This document shows, piece by piece, positions 1-8,417 of a stretch of 64,000 bases of DNA. Both the position numbers and the translations under genes were made by a program. Source of the DNA: a virus; IMG/VR virus record IMGVR_UViG_3300050128_000053, positions 1 through 64,000 of that record, one strand, 5' to 3'. How positions within the stretch are numbered: the first letter of the stretch is position 1; each line of letters begins with the position of its first letter. The notes under the pieces were generated by a model, which was not told the origin of the DNA, did not search any database, and saw nothing but the letters and a program-made list of their open reading frames with translations.

Positions 1-293
1 GCTCCAGCCCCCGCTCCTGCTCCAGCTCCAGCTCCAGCTCCTGCTCCAGCTCCCGCTCCCGCTCCTGCTCCACGACGTCATGTACCCCGGGAGGGTCACC
101 ATTCCCAGCTCCCGCTCCCGCTCCTGCTCCTGCTCCTGCTCCTGCTCCAGCTCCAGCTCCTGCTCCTGCTCCAGCTCCTGCTCCTGCTCCCGCTCCAGCC
201 CCCGCTCCTGCTCCAGCTCCAGCTCCAGCTCCTGCTCCAGCTCCCGCTCCCGCTCCTGCTCCACGACGTCATGTACCCCGGGAGGGTCACCAT
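1..293. repeat. Direct duplication (1-102 identical to 192-293, offset 191 bp) built from 6-bp GCTCC(A/T/C) micro-repeats
   Basis: Exact sequence match read directly; the repeat runs off the window edge. Confidence 0.9.
96..293 (-). CDS. Ser-Trp/Ser-Arg/Ser-Gly dipeptide-repeat protein; a second copy starts at 102 and runs off the window
   Basis: MVTLPGYMTSWSRSGSGSWSRSWSW...; ATG of the second copy overlaps the end of the first (ATGGTGA). Confidence 0.55.
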   Translation of the reverse strand: MVTLPGYMTSWSRSGSGSWSRSWSWSWSRSGGWSGSRSRSWSRSRSWSWSRSRSRSRSGSGSWEW

Positions 294-337
294 GCGTCCC
301 ATCGGCACCAATGGTGCCGATGGGACGGCGGTGGTGC

Positions 338-610
338 TCACTTCTGCTTCGTTGGCAGCGCGTGGGTCCACGGGAACATGTCGGTGATCGCTCCGACGTT
401 CACGAAGGCTACGCCCACCGGCTCCACCTCATTGAGGGTGCCATCCTTTATGGCCTGGTGGAACCGACCCGAGTCGGCAACCCACGAGGCGTCTTCCAGC
501 TCGAAGAAGGCCCCGTCAAAGGACTTCACCCGGCCCACCAGGTGATAGGTGACCGTGCGGATGAACACCTCCGTGCCAACCAACTTGGTGCAAATTGCTC
601 TCTCCGTCAT
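338..610 (-). CDS. Small beta-rich (Sm-like/DUF6948-like) phage protein
   Basis: 90 aa, VFIRTVTYHLVGRV...LEDASWVADSGRF; AAGGAG RBS. Confidence 0.6.
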   Translation of the reverse strand: MTERAICTKLVGTEVFIRTVTYHLVGRVKSFDGAFFELEDASWVADSGRFHQAIKDGTLNEVEPVGVAFVNVGAITDMFPWTHALPTKQK

Positions 611-623
611 GCTGCTCCTTTCC

Positions 624-1052
624 TCAGCCCCCGGTACTTGTTGCCGGTGGCTCTCTTGGCCCCAGTGGGCCTAGACCTGATCCCGAACTGGTATTGGGTC
701 CGCTCGGTGAAGCCGACCCAAAATGAGAAGGCCTCCACCTCGTCGGAGCCGCCCGTGGCGAAGTCCCCTTGACCGCCCACTCGGGGTGGATCAGCGGGTT
801 GCCGTAGACCGTTTCTCCGCTCATGGTGTCCCAGTAACCAGTCTCACGAATCGTCACGTCATGGTCGGCCCTACCCGTCAGGTGCGACCACCTAAATCCA
901 CCGATAACGCCGTGAAAGAAGATGCGGTGCTTACAGGTCATGCACTTCGACGGCGGGCTGTAGTTCGACGGTGGGATGAAATACGGCGGGACCGCTACTT
1001 CCTCCAGTTCTTTCTCGTCAGTCCTAATCTGTTCGATTCTCTCATCAGCCAT
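624..1052 (-). CDS. Hypothetical protein
   Basis: GGAGG RBS before MADERIE; CxxC motif. Confidence 0.5.
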   Translation of the reverse strand: MADERIEQIRTDEKELEEVAVPPYFIPPSNYSPPSKCMTCKHRIFFHGVIGGFRWSHLTGRADHDVTIRETGYWDTMSGETVYGNPLIHPEWAVKGTSPRAAPTRWRPSHFGSASPSGPNTSSGSGLGPLGPREPPATSTGG

Positions 1053-1206
1053 TGTCGTCCTCCCAGGTGAAGCCGCAGCAGCACTTGTGCGGGCCATCGT
1101 GGCCGTCAGGGCACTCGGTACAGGACTCCGAAGTCGCCATATCTGAACGACCATCAGCGGGCTTGTGCTTCGGCCCGATGCTCTTACAGAAAGAGATCGT
1201 GGACAT

Positions 1207-1479
1207 TCATCCCACCAACTTGTCGTCAACATTGGGGAGTTGACCGCGCACCCATACGCCATCGCAACCGTCGCCCTCGCATGACCACCAGGTGATCCGG
1301 TCGTATTCGACGTGACCCAGGAGGTTCTGCGGCCACTCGATCCCGCACTTGGGACAGACCCGCTTGCCACCCACAGGGTGATCGACCTCCGGTATCTGGC
1401 TGATGAACAGTTGGGGTGCCATCTTCAATGCCAACTCCGACTCAATGGCGGCGTCCGACTTCTCGCTATTTGGACCCAT
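1207..1479 (-). CDS. Small zinc-ribbon hypothetical protein
   Basis: CPKC...CEGDGC. Confidence 0.55.
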   Translation of the reverse strand: MGPNSEKSDAAIESELALKMAPQLFISQIPEVDHPVGGKRVCPKCGIEWPQNLLGHVEYDRITWWSCEGDGCDGVWVRGQLPNVDDKLVG

Positions 1480-1758
1480 TTAATCGCTCCCCGCTATTGC
1501 ATGCCAGGCGTCAAGTGCGTCCTTGTCAACGCTCCATTCCGCCTGGCGCGTTCCATCATCGGATTCCCATTCGGGATAGACGCTCCTGCACACCGCTTCG
1601 GCGGCAGCAAGTCGGATGGACAACAACTCACATCGGAGTTTGCGGGCGGCGGCACGCCCGCGCCAGTAAGCCAACTGGTCAAGTAACAGTTCGGCGGCGT
1701 CTTGGGTCTGGCTCGGCGTCGCCGGAAGAACTTCCTCAATCAACCCATCGTCAGGCAT
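1480..1758 (-). CDS. Hypothetical protein
   Basis: ORF in tightly packed minus-strand operon, AAGGGAG RBS. Confidence 0.5.
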   Translation of the reverse strand: MPDDGLIEEVLPATPSQTQDAAELLLDQLAYWRGRAAARKLRCELLSIRLAAAEAVCRSVYPEWESDDGTRQAEWSVDKDALDAWHAIAGSD

Positions 1759-1875
1759 CAACGCTCCCTTTCACCTCGGCATCGAGATTCAGCAGGCGGC
1801 GGATCGTTGGGCCGTACAGCGATGGAGCCAGCAACATCATCTGCACGAACTCGTCCCCGTCCAATCGGACCCATT

Positions 1876-2361
1876 TCAGTTGTCGAACCAGAACACGACA
1901 CGGACCTCGGCCTCCAACATGCGCAGGATCTCCAAGTCCCGCATGAACGACGTACCCAAGAACTCCCGCAAGGGCCGCAAGCGTCCTTCCTCCGGTCCTC
2001 CGGTACAGCCTCCGTTCCAGGCGTTTCGGCCGACCTGGCGGGTCACACGGCGGTCATTGACCTCGGCGTCGTAGTCCACCACCAGAAGCTCCGTGAGGGT
2101 CACCCAAGACGGTGTGTGGGCAGCCACCCCCCAATCCTCGAAGTGGGCGCGAACGTCGTCTGAGGCATCGTCAGGAAAGCCCCGAGGTTCCATGAACGGC
2201 CCGACCTCTGAGTAGTTCCGGGGGCCAGCAAGCCACCCGAAAACGGCGTAGCTCCGGTTATCGAACGGGGCATCGTTGTACTCCCCGAACATGATTCCCT
2301 TGGCCTTCTCCCAACGGTCCCCGACACGGACCTCGACGTGAGGATGAATGTCACAGCCCAT
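1876..2361 (-). CDS. Conserved phage protein (MGCDIH...VFWFDN family)
   Basis: Recognisable N- and C-terminal motifs; GGGAGG RBS. Confidence 0.75.
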   Translation of the reverse strand: MGCDIHPHVEVRVGDRWEKAKGIMFGEYNDAPFDNRSYAVFGWLAGPRNYSEVGPFMEPRGFPDDASDDVRAHFEDWGVAAHTPSWVTLTELLVVDYDAEVNDRRVTRQVGRNAWNGGCTGGPEEGRLRPLREFLGTSFMRDLEILRMLEAEVRVVFWFDN

Positions 2362-2514
2362 CGCTGGCCTCCCTTGGGTTGATAGAAGTGAAATGTGATT
2401 GGTCCATACTGTCGGTCACGGTGTAGCTCGTCGGCTCGTTTTCGTGGTGGCGACGGTCGTGCCATTCCAGCGTTAGGAACCGGCAGTCGCTAATCGTGGA
2501 CGATCTTTCCGTCA

Positions 2515-2757
2515 TCATCGTCCCGACCATTCAGCCCACACCTTGCCTTGGCGCATTTCAAGGTGCCAGAACCCCGGCCTGACTTCATGCGGGGCTGGCT
2601 GTTGACACGCTCCGTAACCGGGATCAACGACACCACATCGACCTGTTCGCTTGTACCAGCGGGATCGGCGCTCTGTCCCGATTATCCGGCGCTCAAAGCG
2701 GGCATGCTCCGTCATTGGAACCGATGACGATGCGACGTAGACGTACTCGGGTTTCAT
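2515..2757 (-). CDS. Hypothetical protein
   Basis: AGGAGG RBS before MKPEYVYVASS. Confidence 0.45.
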   Translation of the reverse strand: MKPEYVYVASSSVPMTEHARFERRIIGTERRSRWYKRTGRCGVVDPGYGACQQPAPHEVRPGFWHLEMRQGKVWAEWSGR

Positions 2758-2876
2758 GTGTCCTCCTGGGTGATTGAAGTGACATGGTAAAGCCAAGCGC
2801 TGTCGGTCACCTGGCGCCTGCCTCTTGCACCGTCATCGGGCGGTCGAGGTCGTGCGGACCCCCGTAACGCTCACGA

Positions 2877-3404
2877 TCACGCCTCGGTCGGCTTGAACTG
2901 CCACTGCTCAGTCTGCTCGGTGAGCAGACTCTCGTATTCCTTCTCGGTCAGCACCTTCTTGAAATAGAGACCCGAAACGGCATCGACATCGACATCGACG
3001 GTAATGGTGACGTTGGGGAGGCGCACCTGAAGGTCGCGGATGGTCTTCTCCTGAGCAGCGTCGAGCCACAGACCCTTCTTGCGCAACAGGGCCTCGGTCT
3101 TCTCAGGATCAGGCAAAGGGACGGCCGGCACCAAATGGCGCTCAGCCTTCAGAGCGATGTACTGATGCACCTTGCCCTTGTGATCCTCAAACTCAACCGG
3201 AGCCGAAAGCGGCAAATAGACGTGACCGTCCTCACCCGAGCGACCGCCGGAAAAAGTCTCGTCGAGCAGACGTAGACGTAGCTCTTCCTGACGGATCTTG
3301 AGGGCGGCGGCGTCATCTTTGATACCGAGCCACTCGGTGAACCGCCGAACGAGACTCGATGCCGAGCGCTGGCGACGAGGCTTTGCTGCAGTAGCTGTGG
3401 CCAT
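2877..3404 (-). CDS. Hypothetical phage protein
   Basis: 175 aa, AAGGAGG RBS. Confidence 0.7.
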   Translation of the reverse strand: MATATAAKPRRQRSASSLVRRFTEWLGIKDDAAALKIRQEELRLRLLDETFSGGRSGEDGHVYLPLSAPVEFEDHKGKVHQYIALKAERHLVPAVPLPDPEKTEALLRKKGLWLDAAQEKTIRDLQVRLPNVTITVDVDVDAVSGLYFKKVLTEKEYESLLTEQTEQWQFKPTEA

Positions 3405-3439
3405 TTCTGGCCTCCTTTATGAGTAGTGAGGGAAGAACC

Positions 3440-3468
3440 ATTGTAGCAGGTTCACCCTCAGGGTCCAA
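3440..3468 (-). promoter_or_regulatory. Sigma70-type promoter TGGACC-17-TACAAT
   Basis: Near-consensus -35/-10 with 17-bp spacer upstream of the 3404 start. Confidence 0.55.
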
Positions 3469-3520
3469 TGATTACGAAAGGACAAGATAGCGGGTGGGTG
3501 TATCAAGCCTCTGAACTGGG

Positions 3521-5065
3521 CTAATAGCGCTCAGAGAGAAAGTCGACCAATGTGCCGAGACTGAGGTGGAAGTCCCCCTCCCGAGTCACCCCCTTTCCGT
3601 CGAGCCATGCCGCAGCGATCTTTGACTTCTCCTCGAGCATCTCGGCTTGGCGCTCCTCTATCGAGCCCCGAGTGATCATCGACAGCAGTGTCACCTCGGG
3701 CCACTCCGAGCTAATGCGGATGATGCGCCCATTTCGCTGGTCGAACTTTCCAGCGCTCCATGGAAGATCGAAGCTCAGTAAAAAGTTCGCCACAGGAATG
3801 TCAACACCGATGCCGCCAGCATCTGACGATAGAAGCACCCTGCAGTGATCCTGACTAGAGAACCGTTCCACTGCTGCGTCACGTTCCCTCGGTGTCAAAT
3901 CACCGGTAAACAACTCATGGTCGACACGCAACTTGCTGCTGATTATGGCGAGCATCGGTTTGAAGAAGCTGAAGAGCACGACCTTGTTGTGAGGATCTGC
4001 GTCGAGGATGTCGCCGATGAGACCAAGGGTTTCCTTGAGTTTGTTCGATATGGGCGGCAGGGTGTCGAGTGCCCCTGTGTTACGCAGTTCCGCTAAGTAC
4101 CTGGACCCCGCCTTGGTGTCGGGGTCGTCGAATGCGTCAGCTGAGTACGTGAGAAGAGCTGGGTGATCGCACAGCATGCGCAAAGCCATAAGGCGCGGCA
4201 TGACCTCCCCTTGGATCCCGCCCTCTTCAGTACCGGCGTAATGGTCGTAAACGTTGAAACTGGCAAAACTCGGACTCGAATGGATAATAGAGATCAGCTC
4301 ACCGGCAATGCGCCGGTAAAGACGTTTGGAGACCGGATCGAGATCGATGTAGTAAGGCTTCTCGACCACCGCCGGCATTTGTTCCCTGATATCGGGGTCA
4401 CTGCGGGTCTTTCGGTGCATGGCCGTTTTCATCGTGCGACGAAGCAGCTTGAGATTTCGGTAATGGCTCACCGTACCGTTCGACCGCCGAGCTATGAAAG
4501 TCCGCTCAAACTTGAGAGCATCACCGAGCACGTCTTTGTCAATGAACTCCATGAGGGAGAAAAGCTCTTCGGGCCGGTTCTCGATCGGCTGACCCGTGAG
4601 CCCAAATCGATAAGGGGTCCGAAGCCGCTTGATGTGACGAGATCTTGCCGCTCGGGGGTTTTTCACAGCGACCACCTCGTCACACACCACAGCGTCGAAA
4701 TCAAGCAACCGCACAATGTCCCAATCGGCCACAATCTGCTCGTAGTTCATAATGACGTACTCGAGATCACCTCGACGAACGGTCCTGTACTGCAGCTTCC
4801 GCTTCCCTTTGTCGCCTTCGATGACCTTGACCAATGCGCCGTCGGTAAACCGATCGATCTGGCGCTTCCATTGCCATTTGATTGATGCTGGGCAGATGAT
4901 GAGGACACTCTGGATTTTTCCCTCATCAATGAGTTGCTCCGTGGCGGCAATGGCTTGGACCGTCTTCCCAAGCCCCATGGAGTGAGCTAGAAGAAACGCT
5001 TTACGATCAACCATCCTGGCCACCGCTTCTTCTTGAAATGGGAGAAGCGTCCCCTTGAACGTCAT
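3521..5065 (-). CDS. SNF2-family (DEAD-like) helicase
   Basis: HSMGLGKT Walker A, VVCDE, LTGQPIENRPEELFSL, Q-x-x-GRIIR. Confidence 0.9.
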   Translation of the reverse strand: MTFKGTLLPFQEEAVARMVDRKAFLLAHSMGLGKTVQAIAATEQLIDEGKIQSVLIICPASIKWQWKRQIDRFTDGALVKVIEGDKGKRKLQYRTVRRGDLEYVIMNYEQIVADWDIVRLLDFDAVVCDEVVAVKNPRAARSRHIKRLRTPYRFGLTGQPIENRPEELFSLMEFIDKDVLGDALKFERTFIARRSNGTVSHYRNLKLLRRTMKTAMHRKTRSDPDIREQMPAVVEKPYYIDLDPVSKRLYRRIAGELISIIHSSPSFASFNVYDHYAGTEEGGIQGEVMPRLMALRMLCDHPALLTYSADAFDDPDTKAGSRYLAELRNTGALDTLPPISNKLKETLGLIGDILDADPHNKVVLFSFFKPMLAIISSKLRVDHELFTGDLTPRERDAAVERFSSQDHCRVLLSSDAGGIGVDIPVANFLLSFDLPWSAGKFDQRNGRIIRISSEWPEVTLLSMITRGSIEERQAEMLEEKSKIAAAWLDGKGVTREGDFHLSLGTLVDFLSERY

Positions 5066-5937
5066 CGGCCAAACGCCTCGACGATCTGATCGTCTGACAT
5101 CTCACCTGGGTCCTTTACTCCCTCAGGGTACTTGAGCACAGAAGTTGCGAGTGATTTGGCCAGACCCAAGTAAATCCTCTTCGACTGGCGGTTTCCTTCT
5201 TCATCGTTATCAAGAGCCAACACGACGCGCTTAGCACGCCTGTGGAGAAGGGTGAGCTGTCTCCGTGAAACAAACGCACCGAATGACGAAACTGCCGGCA
5301 CAGCGACCGAAGCCAAACGCACGACATCTAGGGGAGACTCCACCAATGCCACCGTAGTTCCCGTGAGCTGGTGGTACCCAAAAAGAGTCTGGGATTTCTT
5401 TACCTGCTTGGGAAAGTTCGATACGAAATCAAGGCGCTTGAACTGCCAGCCCCAAAGCTCTGGCTTTGTCTTGGACGGCGACCAGATGGGGATGATCCAT
5501 CCCTTGTCCCAACGAACCCCGAACCGGTGCATCTGCTCAGAAGTAATATGGCGCTCTTCGTGGGCCCATTGAGGGGGCTGCTTGAAGGTCTCGTACTGAG
5601 CGCTCAATACGAAAGGATCGATGAGTGGCTCTTCGGGTGGTTCAGGTTCTCGCTCCTGCTGCCTCGTCTTGCGCATTTTGCGCTGGCGCACCTCTCGCAA
5701 GTACTCAACGGTATTACCCTTCGTCGTATTGCACTTGACCAACAAATCCTCAAGAGTCCCAGCTTCTTGACACTGATAACAAATGAACAACCCCGTAGAG
5801 GCGTTTATGGAGAATGATGGATGTGCATCGGTATGAAATGGGCAATGAGCAGAGATCTCACGCCCAATCGAAACGATTTGGATACCGAGATCCTCGAGAA
5901 CCTCCTGTACCGTCGTCGGCAGAGACTCAACCTTCAT
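5062..5937 (-). CDS. DNA primase (CHC2 zinc finger + TOPRIM)
   Basis: CPFH..HPSFSIN..CYQC; LVESPLD; LALDNDEEG; KDPGE. Confidence 0.9.
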   Translation of the reverse strand: MKVESLPTTVQEVLEDLGIQIVSIGREISAHCPFHTDAHPSFSINASTGLFICYQCQEAGTLEDLLVKCNTTKGNTVEYLREVRQRKMRKTRQQEREPEPPEEPLIDPFVLSAQYETFKQPPQWAHEERHITSEQMHRFGVRWDKGWIIPIWSPSKTKPELWGWQFKRLDFVSNFPKQVKKSQTLFGYHQLTGTTVALVESPLDVVRLASVAVPAVSSFGAFVSRRQLTLLHRRAKRVVLALDNDEEGNRQSKRIYLGLAKSLATSVLKYPEGVKDPGEMSDDQIVEAFGR

Positions 5938-7180
5938 CGTCAACATCCTCGTCGAGACCAGCACTGTTGAAATCAGCCTCGTTGAAATCGCTCTCTTCCC
6001 AGTTACAGATGATCGATATCTCACAAGGCGACACATTGCGACCACCCACCACACGAAGGCGGATCTGGTTGATGTCGGGAAGACGCTCCACTCCCAAGAT
6101 CACATCGGCGTCCTGCGCCCACGCTGATGTCCAACCCAAGCTGTTCAGGGTCACAATACCGTCCTTACCCATTTTGCCAGAAAGGGCCTGGGTGGTCCCG
6201 ATAACCGGTTTATCGATCCGTTGAGCGAGGCGCTTGAGTCCACGGGAGACCGCAGTGTACGCAGCAGCTTCGCCAGCCTTGGCACCGATCTCATTCTCCA
6301 TGAGATAACACCCGTCAATGAAAAGGATATCGGGCTGGTACTCGTCAACCTTGCCCGAGAGTCCCGACACTGTGGTAGTGGCAGAAATGTCGGCCGAAAT
6401 AACGAAGTCAGGAAGATTACGACGAAGTGCAATGCCCTTCTTGAGTTTCTTCATCTCCTCATCGTCAAGATAGTTACGCACCACGTGATTGGCGTTTACT
6501 CCTGACACCATGGCGTCATAGCGAGCAAGCTGCTCCCGCTGCGACATCTCAAAAGTGACGAAGAGCACCGAGTACCCAGCGTCTTGAGCGGCAATAGCCG
6601 AACGCATGAGTAAAAACGACTTCCCGTGCTTCGGACCTCCACCAAAGAGAATGAACTGTTGATCCAAGTACCCACCACTGGAGAAGTCCAATGTGGGGAA
6701 ACCTGTTTGGATTCCACTCAGTTCGCCAACGTGCATTCTCGCTTCGTCATAAGCTTCGTAACGGGCCCGAGTTCGGCGCGTGACATTGACATCACTGAGT
6801 GAGCAGACTTCACGCCCGAGCTGAAGCAGGGCCTGAGAAATCCTGCGCTGAGCGCCCTTATGATCATCATCCTGCAGCAGCGTATCGGCATCGACAATGC
6901 CGTCGACAAGGATGGACCGCTCGCGCTGGGAACGAAAACGGTCAAGGTAGTACTCATAGGGTTCACGGCAACGTGCGAGTTGGTAAGCGGGAAACTCGGC
7001 TGAGATGGCTTCCCTCGTTGGTGCGCCGCCATACCTCGAGTTGTATTCCAGCATCCATTTGAAGACCCTCTTGTGCTCTAGATCCTCAAACCAATCAAGA
7101 CGCACCCCACCACGGGTCGCTGTTGAGAGATCCTCGTCCAGAACAATCTTCGACAGCATCGACCATGCAGCGTCAGCCAT
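5927..7180 (-). CDS. DnaB-like replicative helicase
   Basis: GIQTGFPTLD, GGPKHGKS, FVTFEM, ILFIDG, QDADVIL. Confidence 0.9.
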   Translation of the reverse strand: MADAAWSMLSKIVLDEDLSTATRGGVRLDWFEDLEHKRVFKWMLEYNSRYGGAPTREAISAEFPAYQLARCREPYEYYLDRFRSQRERSILVDGIVDADTLLQDDDHKGAQRRISQALLQLGREVCSLSDVNVTRRTRARYEAYDEARMHVGELSGIQTGFPTLDFSSGGYLDQQFILFGGGPKHGKSFLLMRSAIAAQDAGYSVLFVTFEMSQREQLARYDAMVSGVNANHVVRNYLDDEEMKKLKKGIALRRNLPDFVISADISATTTVSGLSGKVDEYQPDILFIDGCYLMENEIGAKAGEAAAYTAVSRGLKRLAQRIDKPVIGTTQALSGKMGKDGIVTLNSLGWTSAWAQDADVILGVERLPDINQIRLRVVGGRNVSPCEISIICNWEESDFNEADFNSAGLDEDVDDEG

Positions 7181-7602
7181 TAGAACCGCCCAATGTCAAA
7201 AGGCCGAGCCTTAAACCCGTAACCCCATAAATGAGCTGGATCGGGATCAAAGACACAGGTCACTTCGGCATCGGTGGCGAACCGCGGAGAAAAGTACACG
7301 TAATCCCCACTCTGGACCTCGCGGACACTGAGACCTCGTTCCCAGAGTCGGTCACTCAAAGCCCGAGCAAACCCTTGGGGCCGCCAAGTAATGACTTCCA
7401 CGGGGGTCTTGAACCGCCAGATCAATGCCTCGATGTAGTTACATACAGGGATCTGAAACGTCCAAGCATCGACAGCAAGATCCCAACGGTGTAAGCGGAG
7501 GGCGAACTTCTCGGCCTGAGGGTGATCCAGCTTGGCGATCAGATTGTCAAAGACGAATACTGTTGCCGGCCGATTTTCAATCCCTAGTTGACCACGCTCC
7601 AT
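7180..7602 (-). CDS. Hypothetical protein (possible degenerate HAD fold)
   Basis: VFVFDNLI; coupled to the helicase gene. Confidence 0.6.
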   Translation of the reverse strand: MERGQLGIENRPATVFVFDNLIAKLDHPQAEKFALRLHRWDLAVDAWTFQIPVCNYIEALIWRFKTPVEVITWRPQGFARALSDRLWERGLSVREVQSGDYVYFSPRFATDAEVTCVFDPDPAHLWGYGFKARPFDIGRF

Positions 7603-7603
7603 G

Positions 7604-8230
7604 TCATGCGAACGTGACTATGCGAGATGACCTCTCAATAAGGCTGCGCATGGAATCGGAGTAATGGTAGGCCCACTTGGTCACAGGGACATTGGTGGTG
7701 TAAATCGTGGTCATGCCGCTGTTGTGCCTGTTGCGCACCAAAAGATCGAAAGCGTCTTCGGCATACCTCGTCTGAGTGGTGTGCTCCTTGCCGACATCGT
7801 CGATCACCAGCACCTTCACACGAGATTTAAGATCTTGGAGTAACTGATCGATCTCTAGGTACTCGGTGGGTTCTCTCAACCCCTTCATTACGAGATCGTG
7901 CAGTCTGAAAAGTCGAAGATGCAGATCAATCAACTCTGCGAGGTGGATGAAATAGATAGGGAGACGCTCTTGTCGAAGAACCACCAGATCAGTCTTGCTG
8001 ACCCGGCCGATGAAGGGGTGGTGGTACTCATTGAGCAATGCAGCGGCGAGCATTGTCTTGGCTTTGTTCGGTGGTCCTTGTAAAAGCAGTGCGGGTTTGG
8101 AATCGGTTGGTTGCCATTGCTCAACCCTGTCGTAACATCGTGGGTCCCCGCGGCTGGTGTCGTAATCGTCAAGAAGTGTCGTCCTGAAAAGCGCTGGAAT
8201 GTTCGTGTCCATCAGCACTCGATCTACCAT
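7604..8230 (-). CDS. DnaC/IstB-like AAA+ ATPase (helicase loader-like)
   Basis: LLLQGPPNKAKT, VLVIDDVGKE, TIYTTN. Confidence 0.8.
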   Translation of the reverse strand: MVDRVLMDTNIPALFRTTLLDDYDTSRGDPRCYDRVEQWQPTDSKPALLLQGPPNKAKTMLAAALLNEYHHPFIGRVSKTDLVVLRQERLPIYFIHLAELIDLHLRLFRLHDLVMKGLREPTEYLEIDQLLQDLKSRVKVLVIDDVGKEHTTQTRYAEDAFDLLVRNRHNSGMTTIYTTNVPVTKWAYHYSDSMRSLIERSSRIVTFA

Positions 8231-8369
8231 TGCTACCCCCGCTTGTTTTAGGGCGCAAAGATCACAGACCTTGTCGATCGGTGAGTTTGCAGGGACTCTG
8301 TTTTCGGACTGCTTCTACCAAAAAGAAACTTTGGTGAAGTGACGGTACTCCCGTTGTGAGGGTGAAGCA

Positions 8370-8398
8370 AGCCGGTGGGGCCGAATGCCCCACCGGCT
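8370..8398 (-). terminator. GC-rich hairpin downstream of the acidic-protein gene
   Basis: AGCCGGTGGGGC-loop-GCCCCACCGGCT. Confidence 0.6.
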
Positions 8399-8417
8399 AT
8401 GTCAGAGATGCCTTGTG

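Noticed and set aside
80-772. Plus-strand Ser/Cys-repeat ORF
   Set aside because: Shadow of minus-strand genes that have RBSs and fit the operon
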